Shown piece by piece: positions 58,555-64,000 of a stretch of 64,000 bases of DNA. Position 1 is the first letter of the stretch; each line of letters opens with the position of its first letter. Location of the stretch: the NCBI GenBank assembly GCA_051942205.1, contig JAVECO010000011.1, forward strand, positions 124,001-188,000, in the 5' to 3' direction. The notes under the pieces are model-generated. The model did no database searches, had not been told where the DNA came from, and saw only the letters and a list, made by a program, of their open reading frames with translations. The position numbers were made by a program, and so were the translations under genes. Origin of the DNA: Coniocarpon cinnabarinum. Lineage: Eukaryota.

Positions 58555-61500
58555 TCAAAAGTCTTTCCAGTTTTCTCCCTTGCCACCATTGACCGGTCGC
58601 TGCACCGAACGATGGCGGCCAATATCAGGTGGTCCCACGAAGCTGCTGTCGCTGTCTTGTCTCATGTGGTCTACGTCTTGTTGTTCTAGGGGTCTTACAG
58701 CACGGCGTGTGCCAGGTCTGCTACTGCTCGTTCGCGAAAAAGCATCCATGCGCACCACACCTACTGCGTCGAAGAAATTGCTGTTGCTCCCAAAGTCGGA
58801 GCTTATTTTTGAGAGACCCGATGGGCGCGGGCTCAACTCTTGAGGGGCGCGTTGGTCAGTTTCGGGGACAAACTCCACGGTTGGCGATGTCACCTCACTC
58901 TGCTTCACATTCGGTCGAGAAGAGGCCCGTGACATGGACGGGAAGCGCATTGATGACCCCCCGTGAATGCTCATCGCAGGACTCGTAAGCGAGCTCGGCG
59001 GTGGCCCAGACAAAGCATCGTTGCTCGTAACCCCAGTCCGACCTCGTGTTGACAGGACCCCTGTGGCAGACATGCTGCGTTTGCGAGAATGCGGTACACG
59101 AGGAACTGTCGGCGCGAAAGCAGAGTTTGGCACAGACACTTTGGGAGCCTCGCGTTTGGTGTTTGCCTCAGACTCTTGACACACGACCGGAGTCGCTGCG
59201 CCACTGCCTTGCCGTGAGGTCGCCTTGGATTTGGTTGTGCGAAGTGGATTTCGGATGGATGAACTTCCACGCGAGTGGCCGCTTGATACTGTGGCGTTGC
59301 TTTCAACGGCTGGAGATTGAGGCGGCTGGAAAGCGAATTTCGGGAGACTCTGCATGCTCTGAGCAGACTGGTGAGACAAGAATGACAGCGCCGTCAGCCA
59401 CAAGTAGTGCCGGTCCTTTGTTGGGGCGGTGAATTTCAACGCGCGATCGGGTGTAAGGATCAGAATTGAACGATTGAATACACCTGTGTTTTTGGCATCC
59501 TTGGGCGGCGCAGTCTCATCTTTGACGTCCAGGACCGATTGGATAGTCAGCTTTCTGCCTGCTTTGCCGAGAAGCGCAGTGTTGCTTCGCGGCTGCTTGT
59601 TGCTCCACATTACCGTGCGCTCATAAGGTGACAACCACACCCATCGTTTATGTCGTGTGTCACTGGTCTTTCCAGGCTCTGCCACAGCTTCAGTCGCTCC
59701 AAACGCATTGCGCTTTCTCATGTACTTGTACATCCATTCGCCAATCGTTGTCGCTGTGATTGCATCCACTACGTTATGTTGAAAAACACTGCCAACCGAC
59801 GCTCCTCCAGTGGGGATGAGTGTTGACAAACGTTCGCCATTGGCACGTGGTACGCCAATTTCCCGTTTCTGGGGATCGATAGCGTTTGTGACCGTAGGTG
59901 GGTGGAGAGTGACGTTCGTCACCGCCAGTGAAGGAACTGGTGGTGGATTATCATTCGATGCCACACCCTCAATGAAGGCAGACGAGCGTGCCTTTCGCAA
60001 GAAATTGTGTGGCGACTTTTTGCGAAAACGCTGTTTTGTTTTCCCTGCGCTTCGTTCAGGGGAGGTTCGTTCACTGACGCGCGGAGAACTCCGTCCGCTG
60101 CGACGCGGTGAAGTTGAGACCCGCGCTTCACGCTGAATGCGTATCTTTGCGTACTGCTCGCGTGAGCTTCGACGTGCGGGAATGATGAATGGTGGTCGGG
60201 GTCCACTGGTTTTACTCAGATTGCTCGAAGAAGCAATACTACCCATAGAGGGGCTACGAGAGTGGCCACTGCTCTGCCGATTCATGAGATTCAGCCGACT
60301 CTGATATTCCGTGGCAGCATCGGAACTGTTTGTCAGCTTGGAAAACCGTTTGCGATCAGTCGAGCTTCGCCCCGTGCTCTGACTAGCGTAAGATGATCTT
60401 TTTGGTGCTTGAGATGAAGACGCGAACGCAACTTTCTCATTCTCTGGTAATGGCGCTGGAGGCTCAAATCGTTTACCGTATCTTGCGGTACTATTCGATG
60501 GGCGAGCCATGGTTGACCGAGTCGCATATTCGGTATCGCTTGAATACATGTCATCGGCCAAGTCATCTATGCCGAGACCATGACCCTGAAGTCCTGGGCT
60601 GACAGGAGTGCTCTGCGTCTGGAGTGGTTTGTGAACGGAGGAATTGCGCAAGGGGATGTCCTGGTTGGCGGCGTGGAAGTCATCGTCATCTTCATGAAGA
60701 GGCGGCAATGGTACAGAGCTGAGACTAGACACACCGAACTCCCTGGCGCTTGGCCCAGGATCAGACGCCGTTCGCTGCTTGTCCTGAAGTTGTTGTCGAG
60801 CACGCTCCTCATCGTCCAATACCGAAGGTAGGAGGTGTGCAGGTAATTTCGCCAGGCGCTTGTCCACTCGAATGATGTCGGTCTGGACTGCAACGGACTT
60901 CATGCCGATAGGAGATTCACTCGGTGTCTGGACGCCTACACTCTTATTTCGAGTTGAAGAAAACAGGCGTCGCCGACCGTTTGAATGTGGAGACGGACTT
61001 GACGGTGGATGGACTGCAATCTCAGGCACAGAAAAGGGCACCGGCGGAGGGGCTCGCGTTGGCATTGGTGGAGGTGGTGCAGCAGTCGTTTGAACACCGA
61101 TGGAGTTGGTAACGGGTTGAAAGGACTGGTCTTGTTTAGGTTCCGCGTCTTCGGTCTGGGTAGAAGTGGACACGAGTTCAATCGACGCAACCTGGGATTC
61201 GATCGATTCAATCTTTGCTGCAAGAGAGGCAATAGACGGTTGAAATGGCTCGCGCATTTGAGTTGGCAAACGCTGCAGCAGCAACGATGGATCTGACTTT
61301 GCCCGACTTCTGGAAGGTCGAGGAAATCCCACAGCTTCACGACGCGGACTGTCATCAGCCACGACACCATCTAGAGCTTCGTTCTGATCAGGCAAGCCCA
61401 CATGCGGCTTCTCGGCGAATAAATCAGTTGATGAGCGAATCGAATCATGAAGCCTGTTGCTACTCTGACTCAATGTTCTGGATTCGATTGAGTGCCTCTT

Positions 61501-62592
61501 GGATGCTTCTTCTTCCTTCTTCATCTGCTCCTCAAAAGCTGACACCATACCCAGGACCCTCGATTGCCGTTCCTCGGCACGGGCAAGATATCTCTCACGC
61601 GTACGTGGGGAGCGCGTTGGCGTGTAGGGCCGAGGAGATCCATAGCTGACGTTGCGCGAATGAGGCGTTTGAGGTCTCTGCTGATCTGGAGCTGCCTCGT
61701 CGTCTGACTGATCATAATTTGAATCGCTAAAGTTCAGTTCGTCCGCCAAGTTTACTTTTGCGCCGCGCATGCTCTCAATGGTGTCATTTCGCTTGTGTTT
61801 TGTCGACTTTGTCGATTCGGGTGAACCAAAAGGTGCCGCGGCATCGGGGGCAGCAAAATGCGGCGGGCGTGCATCGGCTCCGGCTACATGCGAATTCTCC
61901 AACGACGCCGCTTGACTGGCTGCAACCTCTTCCACGACCTCTCTCAGACGCTGTTCCGCGACATCTGCTCTTCGTTGGAGTGATCTTTTAGCATCTGTAG
62001 CTGAGGTCTGTTCTTGTTCGAGTAAAGACTTGAAACGCAAGGCATCCTCTTCTTGCGAGCGAAATTTCCTTTGACTGGCATCAAGACGTCGGCGTAGCTC
62101 TGCATTGGCTTCTTTCATCTCGTCACGCTCCTTTGCGACGGCTTCCAAAGCTGCGAGCGTGCCATCCTCTTGCAATTGCAGATCTCGCTTCAGCGCTCTG
62201 AAATCTTTTCCTTGTCGTCGCAAATTGCTCTGCAATGCGTCATTCTCGGCACGAGCGCCAGCCAGATTTGCTTCCAGATCTTCAATGCAGTCCCTCTTTC
62301 CATCCATTTCCCTCCGCAGATTGAGGATCTCCGAAACGAGAGAAGCATGTAAAGTTGGCGTGATTTGGTCGGGGTCATATTGGGCATCTGCACGCTGACT
62401 CTGCCGCTTGAGCGCATTTTGGATAGATGAAGTTGAGTTTGTCAGGGGCGTGGTAGGTGTGGTCGTGCCAAACGAAGACATGCGGGGACTGGATACTCGT
62501 GGGGTTTCATACGGGGTGTCAGTCGGTGAAGGGAGAGGGCGCTCGACCGAGACAGAACGCCGGTGGAAGTATCCAGTCTGCATGGTGGCCAT
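58555..62592 (-). CDS. Num1/ApsA/Mcp5-like cortical protein: N-terminal coiled coil and Mcp5-type PH domain
   Basis: 1345-aa single ORF. TPTLHASLVSEILNLRRE coiled coil; PH domain AITATTIGEWMYKYMRKR..RHKRWVWLSPYERTVMWS..RALKFTAPTKDRHYLWLTALSFL. Confidence 0.88.
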   Translation of the reverse strand: MATMQTGYFHRRSVSVERPLPSPTDTPYETPRVSSPRMSSFGTTTPTTPLTNSTSSIQNALKRQSQRADAQYDPDQITPTLHASLVSEILNLRREMDGKRDCIEDLEANLAGARAENDALQSNLRRQGKDFRALKRDLQLQEDGTLAALEAVAKERDEMKEANAELRRRLDASQRKFRSQEEDALRFKSLLEQEQTSATDAKRSLQRRADVAEQRLREVVEEVAASQAASLENSHVAGADARPPHFAAPDAAAPFGSPESTKSTKHKRNDTIESMRGAKVNLADELNFSDSNYDQSDDEAAPDQQRPQTPHSRNVSYGSPRPYTPTRSPRTRERYLARAEERQSRVLGMVSAFEEQMKKEEEASKRHSIESRTLSQSSNRLHDSIRSSTDLFAEKPHVGLPDQNEALDGVVADDSPRREAVGFPRPSRSRAKSDPSLLLQRLPTQMREPFQPSIASLAAKIESIESQVASIELVSTSTQTEDAEPKQDQSFQPVTNSIGVQTTAAPPPPMPTRAPPPVPFSVPEIAVHPPSSPSPHSNGRRRLFSSTRNKSVGVQTPSESPIGMKSVAVQTDIIRVDKRLAKLPAHLLPSVLDDEERARQQLQDKQRTASDPGPSAREFGVSSLSSVPLPPLHEDDDDFHAANQDIPLRNSSVHKPLQTQSTPVSPGLQGHGLGIDDLADDMYSSDTEYATRSTMARPSNSTARYGKRFEPPAPLPENEKVAFASSSQAPKRSSYASQSTGRSSTDRKRFSKLTNSSDAATEYQSRLNLMNRQSSGHSRSPSMGSIASSSNLSKTSGPRPPFIIPARRSSREQYAKIRIQREARVSTSPRRSGRSSPRVSERTSPERSAGKTKQRFRKKSPHNFLRKARSSAFIEGVASNDNPPPVPSLAVTNVTLHPPTVTNAIDPQKREIGVPRANGERLSTLIPTGGASVGSVFQHNVVDAITATTIGEWMYKYMRKRNAFGATEAVAEPGKTSDTRHKRWVWLSPYERTVMWSNKQPRSNTALLGKAGRKLTIQSVLDVKDETAPPKDAKNTGVFNRSILILTPDRALKFTAPTKDRHYLWLTALSFLSHQSAQSMQSLPKFAFQPPQSPAVESNATVSSGHSRGSSSIRNPLRTTKSKATSRQGSGAATPVVCQESEANTKREAPKVSVPNSAFAPTVPRVPHSRKRSMSATGVLSTRGRTGVTSNDALSGPPPSSLTSPAMSIHGGSSMRFPSMSRASSRPNVKQSEVTSPTVEFVPETDQRAPQELSPRPSGLSKISSDFGSNSNFFDAVGVVRMDAFSRTSSSRPGTRRAVRPLEQQDVDHMRQDSDSSFVGPPDIGRHRSVQRPVNGGKGENWKDF

Positions 62593-64000
62593 TGACGTTG
62601 GACGGAGTGGAGGATCGGGCTAGAATGACTGCTTTGGAACTGTTACACACCGTCCCATTGCTCGAGCCTTGCGATAGACCCTAGCAAAAGAAAGCAATCT
62701 TCTTTCAGGTACAGACGCGTTTTCAGTATTCTTGCGGGGGCGTGCTCGTTCGACACAGCTGGTCCAACTTCTGATCGTGTTTCAAGATGAGTGGGACGTG
62801 GAACCGGATTGATGTTCAGCCCGACGCGTGGGGGTTCGACCGGCGTCAGCAAAGCATCAAGGATACACGTGTGGACAGGAAGGCTCGTGGTGAAGCAACC
62901 GAGCCTTGAGCGGCACTATTGATGTGATGGGGTTGGGGGTTGGGGGGGTTCTACAGGGAGAGGTGCAAAGCTTTCAAGAGGGCAAGTTGCGAGATGTGAC
63001 GGAAAAGACAGGCTGCAGATCGCAAGCAAATGCGCTGCACGTCAAAGCTGGAGGGCACGAGGAATGCAGAGAAGGAGAATAGGAGAGCGGAGCAGCATCT
63101 GAGCACGCATGGTGCTGGTGATGGGCGATGGATCCAGAACGGATGGAGGAGAGTGTGACCTGCTGGAGGTGGCCCGTGAAGGACCTAACGTCCGAGGCAG
63201 CATAGCGCGGGGGGGAGGCACGAGACGGCGATTGACGGCCACAGCAGGACCGGATGGCAAGAGCGGCGTGGTTCAGGGCTAGCGAAGATCTCATGTCTGT
63301 CTTTGATTGCCAGGACGTGATGTGTATGGCCGGGGAAGTGAAGCGAGAGAAGAGGCACAGAGACCGGCAAGTTCCCATGGCAGGGGAGAGACACGGCGAG
63401 CCAAGCACCAGGAGACGCTAGTCCTCAAAGGGGCAAGGGCCTTATTGACTGTAGAGCCGCCGGGCCTGGGACAGAGAGAGGACGAAAAAGCGCGGCGGGG
63501 GACGAATGAGAAGAAAGCGTGCAAGAGGCGTGTTTCAGGGGCCTGCCCGGTGCCCCCGATTCAGTCGCCGCCAGCGTGCCAGCCAAGCGCCTGTGCCATT
63601 TCCGGTCTGACGCCACACACGCCTGCTAACGGGGCACCTCTTACTCTCTTCCGTCCTTCGCCGCATCACGAGTGAACAACAACACCAACATCAACGCTCA
63701 TGCCCTCGCGCCCCACACCCTGCACCTCCCCCCAAAAACCCTCCGATCAGCCATGCATGCATATGCGCGGAGCTGTCTGCAGGGTTCTCGTGCATGCTTC
63801 CCACTCCCACGACCCACCGCACTGGCAGGCTCGCAGCTACCTCGCTACAAATAGCGCGTATCAACCTCACTCTCTTTCTTCTGGTCCTCACGCCCGCCAG
63901 CACACCGGCCACGACACGGCCGTGAAATGAACGCCACGCTAATCTCACTCGTCGCGACTCATGAACAGCGCTCCACGCTCCGCACGCCCGCGGACGCCCT

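Noticed and set aside
62974..63948. Cluster of short ORFs at the right end
   Set aside because: This is GC-rich leader/promoter sequence upstream of the Num1-like gene, with no coherent coding signal.

Overview
Eukaryotic DNA from a filamentous ascomycete (Pezizomycotina). Short GT-AG introns with CTAAC/CTGAC branch points split most genes, so many ORFs in the six-frame track are exons or shadow ORFs. About 20 intact protein genes are supported: a GNAT acetyltransferase, an alpha/beta hydrolase, deoxyribose-phosphate aldolase, an SDR, an FlbE-like protein, a UPF0643-like protein, two dienelactone hydrolases, SUB1/PC4, RFA1, ISU1, a Zn2Cys6 TF, a Fungal_trans_2-type TF, BUB1 (MadBub), a GH128 glucanase, an ECM4-type GST, a secreted amidase, a peroxisomal 4CL-like ligase, a secreted low-complexity protein and a Num1/ApsA-like PH protein. 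There is also an intron-containing tRNA-Ala(AGC). Between these core blocks lie decayed accessory tracts (about 1.1-2.5, 7.6-8.6, 25.9-31.4 and 48.5-55.7 kb). They hold what look like relics of fungal NLR/cell-death modules: an NB-ARC-like fragment, a WD40-repeat fragment, and a HeLo-like gene with an in-frame TAG and a frameshift. They also hold a RIP-like minisatellite and another pseudogene. A 34-bp-arm hairpin follows the Zn2Cys6 gene. No intact novel multi-gene system could be demonstrated. Family calls come from motif recognition by eye, not database searches.
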